From assembly GCA_963758495.1 (NCBI GenBank), contig CAVWVI010000004.1, positions 128,001-192,000 of the forward strand: a stretch of DNA of 64,000 nucleotides, in the 5' to 3' direction. Of this stretch, positions 20,277 through 29,713 are shown piece by piece. Under the pieces are notes generated by a model. That model was not told the origin of the DNA. It saw only the letters and a program-made list of their open reading frames with translations, and made no database searches. Source of the stretch: Oligoflexia bacterium. GTDB taxonomy: Bacteria > Bdellovibrionota > UBA1018. Every line of letters begins with the position of its first letter. Position 1 is the first letter of the stretch. A program made the position numbers and the translations under genes.

Positions 20277-21521
20277 TTAAATAACCGCCTCGGGCGATGT
20301 CTCAAAAGATTCATTAGATCCAACGAAAGATCCGAAGAAGCCAAACATTTTTTTCACTGAATGAATCTTACCCTGCAGTTCACGCCATTCACGATCTAAT
20401 TGGCTTTGAGAAATAATTCCACATCCCGCACCTATAAATACTTGAGCGGAATTCCACTGAAGGTTTCGAATGGCCACAACACAGCGCGACTCCCCTGTCT
20501 CCCAACGAGCCCCTAAGGGAGCGCCAAAACGATAGCGTTCTGTTTTCTCCTGATAAGACGCCAACCACTTCATTCCTTCTTCTCGAGGATAAGCTCCAAG
20601 AGCAGGTGTAGGATGAAGCTGCCTTGCTAATTCCTCAATAGAAAAAGAAGTCGGTAAACTCATAGAAATCGGAGTGATCAAATGAGAAAGAGTAGGTAAA
20701 TTGAGCTCGGATGTAGTGCCCACTTCAATTTTCCCAAACTCTTTCCCAAACTTTTTCCCAAACTTTTTCAAAGAAGAGCAAATCCCTTCAATCACAATCT
20801 GATGTTCCTCTCGTTCTTTCGGGTCATCTAAAAGTGATGGTAACAGTGATGGTAAAAGAGCCGGCGCAGAAGGAGATAATTCAGAACTTGTTTTCAAACG
20901 AGTCCCTGCAAGGGCAACGGTATGAAGGACACCCTCATCACTCTGGCGAAAAAGCAGTTCCGGAGTCGCCCCTAATATCCCTTCCTCCTCGTTCCAAATT
21001 CCATACACATGAACAGGTAAATGACGTGAATACGAGAGAAGCTGAAGCATCCCCCTTGCTTTGTTTCGAGCGTTAACCTTAAAGTCAGCCTTTTCAAAGA
21101 CGATAGGCACAGCCTTCCTGAGAACGCCGGATTGAAACTGGTGCTTCAAATCTAAAAAAGTAGACTGAAATAAACTAAAGTCTGGCTTAAACCATTCTGT
21201 CGGTTTTTGAGCAGAGTCTGTGGCGCTATAAGAACTGATCTCAGAATCCAAATTCTTGACAAATTCAGTTAAAAACTGAATGAGCATCGAGTAAGGTACT
21301 TTCTCAGAAAAAGGAAATCCCCACCAAGGGGTTTCATCTTTCAGAAAAAAATCAGGAGCATAAGCGAAAAATCCCTTTTGTGCAGGCTTGGATACCCGAG
21401 ATGCACTCCCCCAGCCTAGCCAGAATTCATCAGTTCCAGAAGAAAGAATAAAACCTGACTTGAGAAATTCAATGATTGATAAGGTTACTACCATATTAAC
21501 TGAGTTCAGTGTGGCGACCAT
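20277..21521 (-). CDS. menF: Isochorismate synthase
   Basis: GATPELL, ALAGT, KEREEH, LHPTPALG, VAIR, GAGCGI. Confidence 0.92.
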   Translation of the reverse strand: MVATLNSVNMVVTLSIIEFLKSGFILSSGTDEFWLGWGSASRVSKPAQKGFFAYAPDFFLKDETPWWGFPFSEKVPYSMLIQFLTEFVKNLDSEISSYSATDSAQKPTEWFKPDFSLFQSTFLDLKHQFQSGVLRKAVPIVFEKADFKVNARNKARGMLQLLSYSRHLPVHVYGIWNEEEGILGATPELLFRQSDEGVLHTVALAGTRLKTSSELSPSAPALLPSLLPSLLDDPKEREEHQIVIEGICSSLKKFGKKFGKEFGKIEVGTTSELNLPTLSHLITPISMSLPTSFSIEELARQLHPTPALGAYPREEGMKWLASYQEKTERYRFGAPLGARWETGESRCVVAIRNLQWNSAQVFIGAGCGIISQSQLDREWRELQGKIHSVKKMFGFFGSFVGSNESFETSPEAVI

Positions 21522-21565
21522 ACAAACTGGCTATTTTACTGTCAATGCCTTATAAGAGTTGACCT

Positions 21566-22420
21566 ATGCATTTTTTAAGTTCGTCACTCAATCCTAGTGC
21601 GAGAGAAACGGGACCTCATCGCTTTTCTTTAATCGCAGGCCCATGCTCAATCGAGTCCTATGAGCTTTTCCGTAAAGTTGCCGTAGAAGTAAAACGATTG
21701 GGCGCAACAGCTCTGCGCGGGGGCATTTTTAAAATGAGAACCCGTTGCGATACATTTCAGGGATTGGGTGCTGAAGCGATTGAAATTGTACACAGGGTCA
21801 AAGCAGAAGTCGGACTCCCCTTTGTGAGTGAAATTACTGATCCACGGCAAATTGAACTTTTGGCTGAAGTCGTAGATGTTTTTCAAGTAGGCGCTCGAAA
21901 CATGCACAATTATGAGCTCCTGAAAGAGTTAGGGAAATTGCACAAACCCGTTCTACTCAAACGAGGTCTTTCTGCTTATTTAGACGAACTTCTTGCCGCA
22001 TCAGAATACCTGATTAGAGCCGGAAATAATCAGGTCATTCTTTGCGAACGAGGGATTCGGACCTTTGAAAGATCCACTCGGAACACTCTCGATTTATCTG
22101 CAGTACCTTATTTAAAGAAACGCTCTGGATTACCTGTCATTGTAGATCCAAGCCATGGAACGGGAGTTCGAGAACTTGTTTCCCCTATGTGCTGGGCAGC
22201 CGCTGCTGCCGGGGCAGATGGAATTATGGTAGAAGTTCATCCCGAACCCGCGAAAGCTCTCTCTGACGGTGAACAAGCTCTCACATTAGAAGACTTTGAG
22301 ACCCTGGTGCCTAAACTTTCTCGAATCCTGAATGCAATTGATGGTCCTGTATTAATTGATGGCTCTGCATTAAAAGAACCTGAATTTGTCGAAAGGAATA
22401 TTTCTCAATGGGTAAACTAA
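21566..22420 (+). CDS. aroF: 3-deoxy-7-phosphoheptulonate (DAHP) synthase, class I-beta
   Basis: IAGPCSIES, RGGIFKMRT, QVGARNM, LKRG, ILCERGIRTF, VDPSH. Confidence 0.93.
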   Translation: MHFLSSSLNPSARETGPHRFSLIAGPCSIESYELFRKVAVEVKRLGATALRGGIFKMRTRCDTFQGLGAEAIEIVHRVKAEVGLPFVSEITDPRQIELLAEVVDVFQVGARNMHNYELLKELGKLHKPVLLKRGLSAYLDELLAASEYLIRAGNNQVILCERGIRTFERSTRNTLDLSAVPYLKKRSGLPVIVDPSHGTGVRELVSPMCWAAAAAGADGIMVEVHPEPAKALSDGEQALTLEDFETLVPKLSRILNAIDGPVLIDGSALKEPEFVERNISQWVN

Positions 22421-23121
22421 CTGCTGAAAACCCAGCTTCCATCCGAGAAATGTTTGGCATCATTTCTAGAAAATATGACTTAGTCAACTCTGTTTTGTCT
22501 TTTGGAATTCATCATTACTGGAAAAAGAAACTGATTCGTGAAGGCCAGGTAAAACCTCACGATCGAATCCTAGATTGTGCAACAGGAACTGGAGATCTCG
22601 CATTTCTTTTTGAAGCCAAACTAAAAGGCACAGGTCAAGTCATTGGAAGTGACTTCTGTCAGCCTATGTTAGACATTGCAAAAAATAAGGCACAACAAAA
22701 GAACTCACGCGCTCAATTCGATTGGGCCGATGTCATGAATCTTCACTACTCTGACCATCAATTCAATTTGGCAAGTATCTCTTTTGGAATCAGAAATGTT
22801 GCAGATACGAAAAAAGCTCTTTCTGAATTGGGTCGAGTGGTTCAACCCCAAGGGCGCGTCCTTGTACTTGAATTTGGTCAACCCCGCTCTCGTATCATGG
22901 CGGCACTCTTTGGGTTTTATTCACGCTTTATTCTTCCACTGATTGGTGGCTGGATGAGTGGCGAGCCTAATGCTTATCGTTATTTACAAACCTCTTCTGC
23001 TGCATTTCCTTGCGGTGAGGCTTTCTTAAAAATTGCAGAAGCCACAGGAAAGTATTCCCGGATGCGATATATCCCCTTGCAATCCGGAATTGCTTATCTT
23101 TATATTTTAGATAGAAAATGA
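22408..23121 (+). CDS. menG: Demethylmenaquinone methyltransferase (UbiE/MenG)
   Basis: YDLVNSVLSFG, LDCATGTGD, ISFGIRNV, AYRYLQTS. Confidence 0.92.
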   Translation: MGKLTAENPASIREMFGIISRKYDLVNSVLSFGIHHYWKKKLIREGQVKPHDRILDCATGTGDLAFLFEAKLKGTGQVIGSDFCQPMLDIAKNKAQQKNSRAQFDWADVMNLHYSDHQFNLASISFGIRNVADTKKALSELGRVVQPQGRVLVLEFGQPRSRIMAALFGFYSRFILPLIGGWMSGEPNAYRYLQTSSAAFPCGEAFLKIAEATGKYSRMRYIPLQSGIAYLYILDRK

Positions 23122-23229
23122 CTCAACAGAAGTTTTCTTCTAGTGTCTTTAAAGGCTTTACCTGCCTTTTTTGCTTTTTCTTTCATATAACCTAGACGGT
23201 AGCCTCTATCCCGACTAAACTAGAAAACA

Positions 23230-23520
23230 ATGAAACGAACAGAAGCATTGAATATTATCGCTCGGCATCAAGATGATCTCGCTCAATTTAAGGTAAAGTC
23301 GCTGGCGATTTTTGGATCAGTTGCACGAAACGAAGCCCGTCCCGATAGCGATATTGACCTTCTAGTTGAGTTTTCAACCCCAGTTGGAATTTTTGAATTC
23401 ATAGATCTGAAAGAGTACTTAGAGAGCATCCTAAAAGTCAGAGTTGATTTAGCCACTGAGCCCGCTCTAAAGAAACAAATGAAAACCCAGATTTTGAAGG
23501 AAGCCGTCCGTGCCGCCTAG
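23230..23520 (+). CDS. Minimal nucleotidyltransferase (MNT) antitoxin
   Basis: IFGSVARNEARPDSDIDLLVEF; 96 aa. Confidence 0.9.
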   Translation: MKRTEALNIIARHQDDLAQFKVKSLAIFGSVARNEARPDSDIDLLVEFSTPVGIFEFIDLKEYLESILKVRVDLATEPALKKQMKTQILKEAVRAA

Positions 23521-23636
23521 AAAAATATATTAAATAGAACTTAATTTTACCTATAGAAATTTCTAACTCTCAGGAAATCCTGCATAGCCAGTAAAATCGT
23601 CCCAACCCATTTCGTTTTTTAGAAAATCAATTACAA

Positions 23637-23891
23637 TTATTTGGGAATTTCGTCTGAAACAGGTGGTCTGACTCTATTTTTTGAATTATTCGATTTAGCG
23701 CCAAATTTCTTAAAATTTTCTCTCGCTTCCAATAAAGACATCTCATTTGCACCCCCTTTAAACGTAGGATCATTAAACTGTACATCGTCATCTTCCCAGT
23801 TACAGACAGGACAAATTTCGAATGTACCGGAAAGCTCTTCTGATCTAGTTAAATATCCACAGCACGGACACGGATAACCTTGCTTATTCAT
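23637..23891 (-). CDS. CPCC cysteine-rich protein, probable immunity protein
   Basis: YPCPCCGY...FEICPVCNWEDD...GGANEMSLLEARENF; directly downstream of toxin gene. Confidence 0.88.
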   Translation of the reverse strand: MNKQGYPCPCCGYLTRSEELSGTFEICPVCNWEDDDVQFNDPTFKGGANEMSLLEARENFKKFGAKSNNSKNRVRPPVSDEIPK

Positions 23892-23903
23892 AAATCTCAA
23901 CTC

Positions 23904-26174
23904 CTAATTTTGTCTTTCAAAATAGCTTAAACCTGCTGATGGTTTAAACATTGTTCGCGGAGCACCAGATGGGTCTCTAACTACAAAAATATTACTTTCT
24001 GGATGATAAAATACTGTAGCACCATCCTGTGACTTAACTTTAGTGAGAGTACCTGGTGGTGGATCCTTTATGAACCGGTGAGCTTCTTCAACATATTCAA
24101 GAGCGTTATTAATATTCTGAAAATCTCTCTTATGATCTTTCCAATGCCGAAAAGCATTCTTTACAGGATCTTTAAACCGCCCATCAGTCCATATTCCCGG
24201 TTCCTTTATATTTATTATAGCACCGGAAATATCTACATCTACTAATCCAATTTCATTCCTAACAATATTAAAAAAATTACTTAGCTCATCTTTACCTTGG
24301 CCTAAAACTGCCCCCGCCGCATCCAAAACAGGAACCACTTGATCCACCGTCAATTTCGATAGCCCCGTACCTAAACCAGCTTGCTCGACGCCCGAAGCTT
24401 CCTCTATCATAATTCCAGCAACGGTTTGTGCTCTCTCCAGGGCTAAGCCTTCTTGACCTTTTCCTGTTACCCTACTCATTTGAGTTAGTATTTCTTCTCC
24501 CACCACAGCCGCCAGCTCCGTGTCCACGTAAGACTTTGCCATGAGTATCAGAGCTTGATTGATCGGCGCCTCAACAGGACCCATGATAAGAGCTAGAATG
24601 GCTTCAGGCACCAAAAGTCCTAACGCCCTCCCTCTTTCTTCTGCGGTTACATTTCCTACGAGCCCGGTAGCGATTCCCAGTTTTTCTCCAACTTCGACGA
24701 AACCTTTTGCCAGTTTTTTGAAGAATTCCTTATCTGTCACGCTATAAAGAATATGATTAGGAATACATCTTACAATGGTTGGATCTGACGCGAGAAGGTC
24801 TACTGCTCGATAGATTCCCATTCCAACTTCCGTGAGTCCGTACATCACTCCTAAGCTGTAAGAATAGACCGCCTTGACTTGAGCCAGTCCAAACTCTGCC
24901 AACAATTCAATCTCCCACTGATCAGGACGTTTCTCTTGAGAAGCTTTGGCGGCAAGCTCCACTGTTTCCTCTCCACGAGTCAATTCTTCTCTTAATGAAT
25001 GAACCTGCTCTGCCGTAAGTTTCTCCGATAAAATAGGGTGGTCTAAACTCTCTCTCGCCAACTGCGCCAGATCATGAGTCTCTACTTCAATTTGATGAAT
25101 TCCCTCTCTAAATTTTTTCAATAACGGTGTTTCTGTCACATCCGGTAGCGGTGCTAATTCATTTAGCTTAAGGTCTATCTTTTCAAAACGAATTGCACGA
25201 AGGTCTTCTAGTCCTTTCTTTAACAGACTTTTGATATTTGCGTCTGTTTTTACGAGATTGGCTTCCGCCTTCTCCCGATGTTTTCTCAGACTTTCTAAAT
25301 ATCCATTCACTCTCTGACTGCGCTCTGCTAACTTCTGCTCAACCCTGGCCTTCTCTGCATGATGATATCCGGCCTCAATTCCAGCAAAATCGACTACCTG
25401 AGGCTGTGGTCTCATCATATGAGACTGCATCAAAGAAGGCGCCGAATCAGTGACACGAGTGGGATCAAAAAGGGTTCGATTTTGATTCAGTATCTGATGA
25501 GCATCATGATGTTGTGCAACAGATGGAACTTGCAGATTTGAATGTAATACAGCTTGATAAGGAGGGGGCGGCGGCAGTACCGTTGAACGTGCTGCTGGAT
25601 TTGGATTTAAATGAGGATGACTCCTGGAGGTTGGAGCGTTCGTACTAGTAGATGGTAAATCAATCGGGGTTCGCAAATCAATTGCATACTTTTGCAAAAA
25701 AGCCTCCGATTGCTGGCGAATCTCTTTCATCACATCTTCTGGCTTTCTACACCCTCCTGAAGAATTACAATCTAATGATGAAATAAAATCAAGGATATTA
25801 TACGATGCTAATTCTGCCCCAATATCCGCATTATTTTGCCGAAGCTGCTGTCCTTGCCCTTGAAAATAACCACTAGAGTTATGTGCAGCACTTATAGAAG
25901 CTTGAAAGCTATGTTGCTCAGAAACACTTTTGTAGGTTTCAATTACGTTTTGACTTGAATTCACCTCAATCTCAGGAGCTTGAGCAAGAGGATTTGCAGT
26001 AGCGTTCTCTTTAAACTCATAGTTTCTAAAAGTGGCCTGACTCTTTTGATAGACTCCTTCTGCAGTAAGAGTGGACTCTTGATGAAAGGAAAGATCTACA
26101 GGCATGGCACTTGCTGTACGAATGCCTAATAATAAAGAAATACTACAAAGATAAAAACCATGGCGGAAATTCAT
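23904..26174 (-). CDS. Secreted polymorphic toxin with C-terminal CdiA-CT-like putative RNase domain
   Basis: Signal peptide; C-terminus WT...NAFRHWKDHKRDF...EYVEEAHRF...PPPGTLTK...YHPESNIF...GAPRTMFKP resembles toxin tips of CdiA/Rhs proteins; CPCC gene follows. Confidence 0.75.
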   Translation of the reverse strand: MNFRHGFYLCSISLLLGIRTASAMPVDLSFHQESTLTAEGVYQKSQATFRNYEFKENATANPLAQAPEIEVNSSQNVIETYKSVSEQHSFQASISAAHNSSGYFQGQGQQLRQNNADIGAELASYNILDFISSLDCNSSGGCRKPEDVMKEIRQQSEAFLQKYAIDLRTPIDLPSTSTNAPTSRSHPHLNPNPAARSTVLPPPPPYQAVLHSNLQVPSVAQHHDAHQILNQNRTLFDPTRVTDSAPSLMQSHMMRPQPQVVDFAGIEAGYHHAEKARVEQKLAERSQRVNGYLESLRKHREKAEANLVKTDANIKSLLKKGLEDLRAIRFEKIDLKLNELAPLPDVTETPLLKKFREGIHQIEVETHDLAQLARESLDHPILSEKLTAEQVHSLREELTRGEETVELAAKASQEKRPDQWEIELLAEFGLAQVKAVYSYSLGVMYGLTEVGMGIYRAVDLLASDPTIVRCIPNHILYSVTDKEFFKKLAKGFVEVGEKLGIATGLVGNVTAEERGRALGLLVPEAILALIMGPVEAPINQALILMAKSYVDTELAAVVGEEILTQMSRVTGKGQEGLALERAQTVAGIMIEEASGVEQAGLGTGLSKLTVDQVVPVLDAAGAVLGQGKDELSNFFNIVRNEIGLVDVDISGAIINIKEPGIWTDGRFKDPVKNAFRHWKDHKRDFQNINNALEYVEEAHRFIKDPPPGTLTKVKSQDGATVFYHPESNIFVVRDPSGAPRTMFKPSAGLSYFERQN

Positions 26175-26221
26175 AAAAATACTCTTAGTTTTAATTCTAA
26201 ACTTTTTTAATCCTACTTCAC

Positions 26222-27106
26222 TTATTCAAAAGAGATTTGTTCATAAAACTTCAATCCTTCACGAGTAAGATGATCTAAATCATTCTCCACTCTCATCTTG
26301 ATTGCCTGAGAAAGTCTGACAGTCATAGAGGGTACCACTTCTTTCTTAAGCTCCTGAATTGAAGGTAATGCGCTTGAACTAAATTGAGCCCTGATTCCTA
26401 AAATTTTTGAATAGATCTGCCAAAGACCACGCACAGCAGGAGAAACTTCTTCATATCGATTCGCAACAGCATAGACCCGAAGAATAGATTTGGCGTCTGA
26501 ACTCCGCTTCACAACTGCACTTAAAATTTTTGCATCGTCTAGGGAGGACTTAGTTTTAAAGCCATCTTTTTTAAGATGGATTCCACACACAAGGCCATCT
26601 GATAATGAATTCCATCTTTCTGATTCTAACTTCTTTCGAGCCAATTCTGCATTCATAATTAAATTATTAGAAGACAGAGGTTGAGCCGTCTTTACTGTCT
26701 CGGCAATTTGGTCTTCATATCGAATCAAATCTTTTAAAATAGGCAATGATCGCCGACTGCACTCTACAAATTTAGCTAAATTTTCAGAAGTCGAATGAAG
26801 ACCTGGACTGACCGCAGGCTCATGAACGACTTTATTTTTTTCAGGTGACAAACTCTCTCTCCTTAACACCTCAGAAGAAGCATTCTCATCGCTAGAAGAA
26901 GTCGTCGTAGCGACGGTGGAATGGGGAATAAAATGACCTATTGGAATACCTTCGACTAGGTAAGAGACCGTTTCACCTGGAATATACTGGCTTTCTTTCA
27001 GTTCATATTTTCCATGAGTCAATAGAACTGGATCAGCAAGTACTAAGGTAGTCAAACTTAACATCATCAAAACACATAAAGCTAAAGAACACCGAAATTT
27101 CATCAA
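26222..27106 (-). CDS. Secreted hypothetical protein
   Basis: Signal peptide, 294 aa, GAGGTG RBS, in toxin operon. Confidence 0.7.
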   Translation of the reverse strand: MMKFRCSLALCVLMMLSLTTLVLADPVLLTHGKYELKESQYIPGETVSYLVEGIPIGHFIPHSTVATTTSSSDENASSEVLRRESLSPEKNKVVHEPAVSPGLHSTSENLAKFVECSRRSLPILKDLIRYEDQIAETVKTAQPLSSNNLIMNAELARKKLESERWNSLSDGLVCGIHLKKDGFKTKSSLDDAKILSAVVKRSSDAKSILRVYAVANRYEEVSPAVRGLWQIYSKILGIRAQFSSSALPSIQELKKEVVPSMTVRLSQAIKMRVENDLDHLTREGLKFYEQISFE

Positions 27107-27119
27107 TCACCTCAAACGA

Positions 27120-28526
27120 TTAGTCAGAAAGAACATTCGCAATTTCATTTGCGAAAAAGCTCCAATGATCCGTCTTCAAACTGGTTTTCATAAATCGAAA
27201 TTCTGAATTTACACTTGGCTCTTTTTGAGAATAATAGGCATCCCCAATAATCGACTGAGTCCAAAGTTCATCTTTTAATTTTAATAATTCTTGAAAATGC
27301 AGCAACTTTCCTTCATCAAGGTTTCCAAAATAAGGAAGAACTCTATCCTTAAAAAAAGATACAGATTGATCACAATATTTTTCAAAATTACAATAATACC
27401 TATCTATTGATTTAAGGTAATTTCCATTAATTTTATTAAAAAAATTACGTTCAATTTCTAAAAAATGATCTCTATAACTCTTTTCGGCATTTGATATTTC
27501 ATTTTTATAAAGCTGCCGAAGGTCAAAAAGGTGTTTCTTTATTTCACTTGCTATAGCCACTCTCTCGTTCAGTTGACTTTCTAAATCTAAAAAACTCGGA
27601 TCAATCATTTGCTTTTTACAAAGCTCTAAAATGCTACGCTCAGCATTCACATCGAGATGACTCACCGCCTTTTCCTGTGCCAGCCAATATTGCTGAGAAA
27701 GATCATACTGTTCGTTTAAATCCTTAACATAACTAGCCATATCCAAACTTGTCCAAACACTAGCTACAATTAGAGCGCCAACAGCACCTACAGCCCCTCC
27801 AACCGCTGCAGCGGAAGTCACCGAACTCAGCGCAGAACCTGCCGCCGCATTTCCAATCATTGCACCCCCTGCTGTCATGCAGGACCCAACAATATATTTC
27901 GGATCATTACTTCCACACCCAGATTGACATGAGACCTGTGAAATCGACTGACTTCCAGTATTAACTTCGGCATTCATATAAACAATAGGCTTACAGGATT
28001 CAACAGCATGCTCCATAACTGGAAAAAATAAAACTTTGGGCTCATATTGCTTTTTAATACTTTTCACTTTTTCTACGGAACAAAAGTGACTATGACCCTG
28101 TTTCAATTTTTCAAAATCAGAGTAAACTTTTTTCACGGTTTCGATTTCTCGCCCCAAGGCTGACTCAGCCAAAATCACCTGAGTCAGGGTTTCATTAAAA
28201 TCTTTTGAATAGGTAGCTAACTTAGACCGAGTAGAGTCCAAACCTGCTCGAAAGGAACTCAAAATACCTTCCGTCAGTTTCAGTCGGTTAGCAGAAAACT
28301 TTGACAACTCCACGTAGTCATGGAGCAACATCTGAAAATGATCTGAAATTGCCATATCATAAGACTTCTGGATTGTTTTTGGGAAGTCTTCGTTTAAACT
28401 TTGCAACTGTTTTCTTAACTCTTCTACTCCTCCTGCGAGGATCGGTGAGACTGGAAGGAAAAAAAAGATTATGAAAAGAAGTGACTTTAACCGGGTCACA
28501 CTTTCAAAAGCGATCACTTTCTTCAT
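27120..28526 (-). CDS. Secreted helical protein with central Gly/Ala hydrophobic hairpin (alpha-pore-forming-toxin-like topology)
   Basis: Signal peptide; AGGAMIGNAAAGSALSSVTSAAAVGGAVGAVGALIVASVW flanked by heptad-rich helices. Confidence 0.6.
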   Translation of the reverse strand: MKKVIAFESVTRLKSLLFIIFFFLPVSPILAGGVEELRKQLQSLNEDFPKTIQKSYDMAISDHFQMLLHDYVELSKFSANRLKLTEGILSSFRAGLDSTRSKLATYSKDFNETLTQVILAESALGREIETVKKVYSDFEKLKQGHSHFCSVEKVKSIKKQYEPKVLFFPVMEHAVESCKPIVYMNAEVNTGSQSISQVSCQSGCGSNDPKYIVGSCMTAGGAMIGNAAAGSALSSVTSAAAVGGAVGAVGALIVASVWTSLDMASYVKDLNEQYDLSQQYWLAQEKAVSHLDVNAERSILELCKKQMIDPSFLDLESQLNERVAIASEIKKHLFDLRQLYKNEISNAEKSYRDHFLEIERNFFNKINGNYLKSIDRYYCNFEKYCDQSVSFFKDRVLPYFGNLDEGKLLHFQELLKLKDELWTQSIIGDAYYSQKEPSVNSEFRFMKTSLKTDHWSFFANEIANVLSD

Positions 28527-29713
28527 AAATTTGCTTCATTTCTATTTTTAATTTTTTCTAAAATAGAGTCATGCAAAAGAATAGCTTCATAAATATTAAC
28601 TTCTTTAACATCTCGTTCTTTTCTCATTTTTCTCAGCGTTTTAATATCAGCGATAACGTCATAGGGTGGATTATAAATATTAAAAAGAGTGGTTGATATA
28701 GGTCCCCAAGCCCCAGCATCCAAAAAAAACTCTGCTTCATGAATATAATCAGCTATCAAAGCACAGCCAGCTAAAAGTGGAGACTGAGTATTTTCAAGAT
28801 GTTCCCAATCAGAACATCGGTCTTTATAAGTAAGAATATTTTGATACATTTCATACCGAGCCTTAAGGGGAATTCCAGGCTTTTTTTCTACTTCTTGATG
28901 TTGAGCACGAGCAAAAGTTAGATTTAATTGATGAATCACCTCACCTACTTCTTCTACAAAACGAAGACTTTCATTATTGAGTCGCTTCTTTTCATCATAT
29001 TCTCTTTCCCATTCTTTGAATTCCTTCTCAAGAATACGATCCATACTTTTAGTAATCAGTTGAAACTGATCCTCAATTTCTGCTTGAACCTTGGCATTAA
29101 GAGCTTTGATTTCATCTACCATCAAATTAAGCTGATTCAGCACAGTCTGATTTAATCCTTTGAGATTTCTATTCTTTACAAACAAATCCGACACTTCATG
29201 AACACCCCTCTCAAACTCAATTTTAATTTGTGCTTGAGAAAAGTATAGCTTTTCAATTTTAAATTTTGATTGAATCAAATCTTCAGAAGTAACCGCTTCT
29301 TCTATTTTCTGAGCATGTGCTAGCACTTGTTTCCGCACCCTAGGATGAGCTACCAACAAATCTTCAAACCGATTCGTGAGTGTAGCTACACGCTTCTCCA
29401 AGTCATTTTGAATGCTATTTTCTTCTTCACTATTGTCATGGCCTAAATCAGCCTTCTTTTCTATCGACTCCGACTTCAATCTAATAGGGTTGACGGTAGC
29501 ATTTTCTTTGCACTCATCATTTCTAGACGTCCCATGACTCTTTTGATTATCTCCTGCTCGAGAATCGCTAGATTCTACAATCTGATCTATTTTGGCCGGC
29601 TCATGCTCTTCATCAGATCCAGACATAGGAGAAGTTGATTTTCCACAAGAAATAGAAATTATCCCAAAACAAATTATTATTACAAGTCTTGTAATAATAT
29701 CATTAGACTTCAT
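28523..29713 (-). CDS. Lipoprotein whose C-terminal ~300 aa duplicates the end of the upstream gene
   Basis: Lipobox ISISC; ATGA overlaps with both neighbours. Confidence 0.75.
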   Translation of the reverse strand: MKSNDIITRLVIIICFGIISISCGKSTSPMSGSDEEHEPAKIDQIVESSDSRAGDNQKSHGTSRNDECKENATVNPIRLKSESIEKKADLGHDNSEEENSIQNDLEKRVATLTNRFEDLLVAHPRVRKQVLAHAQKIEEAVTSEDLIQSKFKIEKLYFSQAQIKIEFERGVHEVSDLFVKNRNLKGLNQTVLNQLNLMVDEIKALNAKVQAEIEDQFQLITKSMDRILEKEFKEWEREYDEKKRLNNESLRFVEEVGEVIHQLNLTFARAQHQEVEKKPGIPLKARYEMYQNILTYKDRCSDWEHLENTQSPLLAGCALIADYIHEAEFFLDAGAWGPISTTLFNIYNPPYDVIADIKTLRKMRKERDVKEVNIYEAILLHDSILEKIKNRNEANL

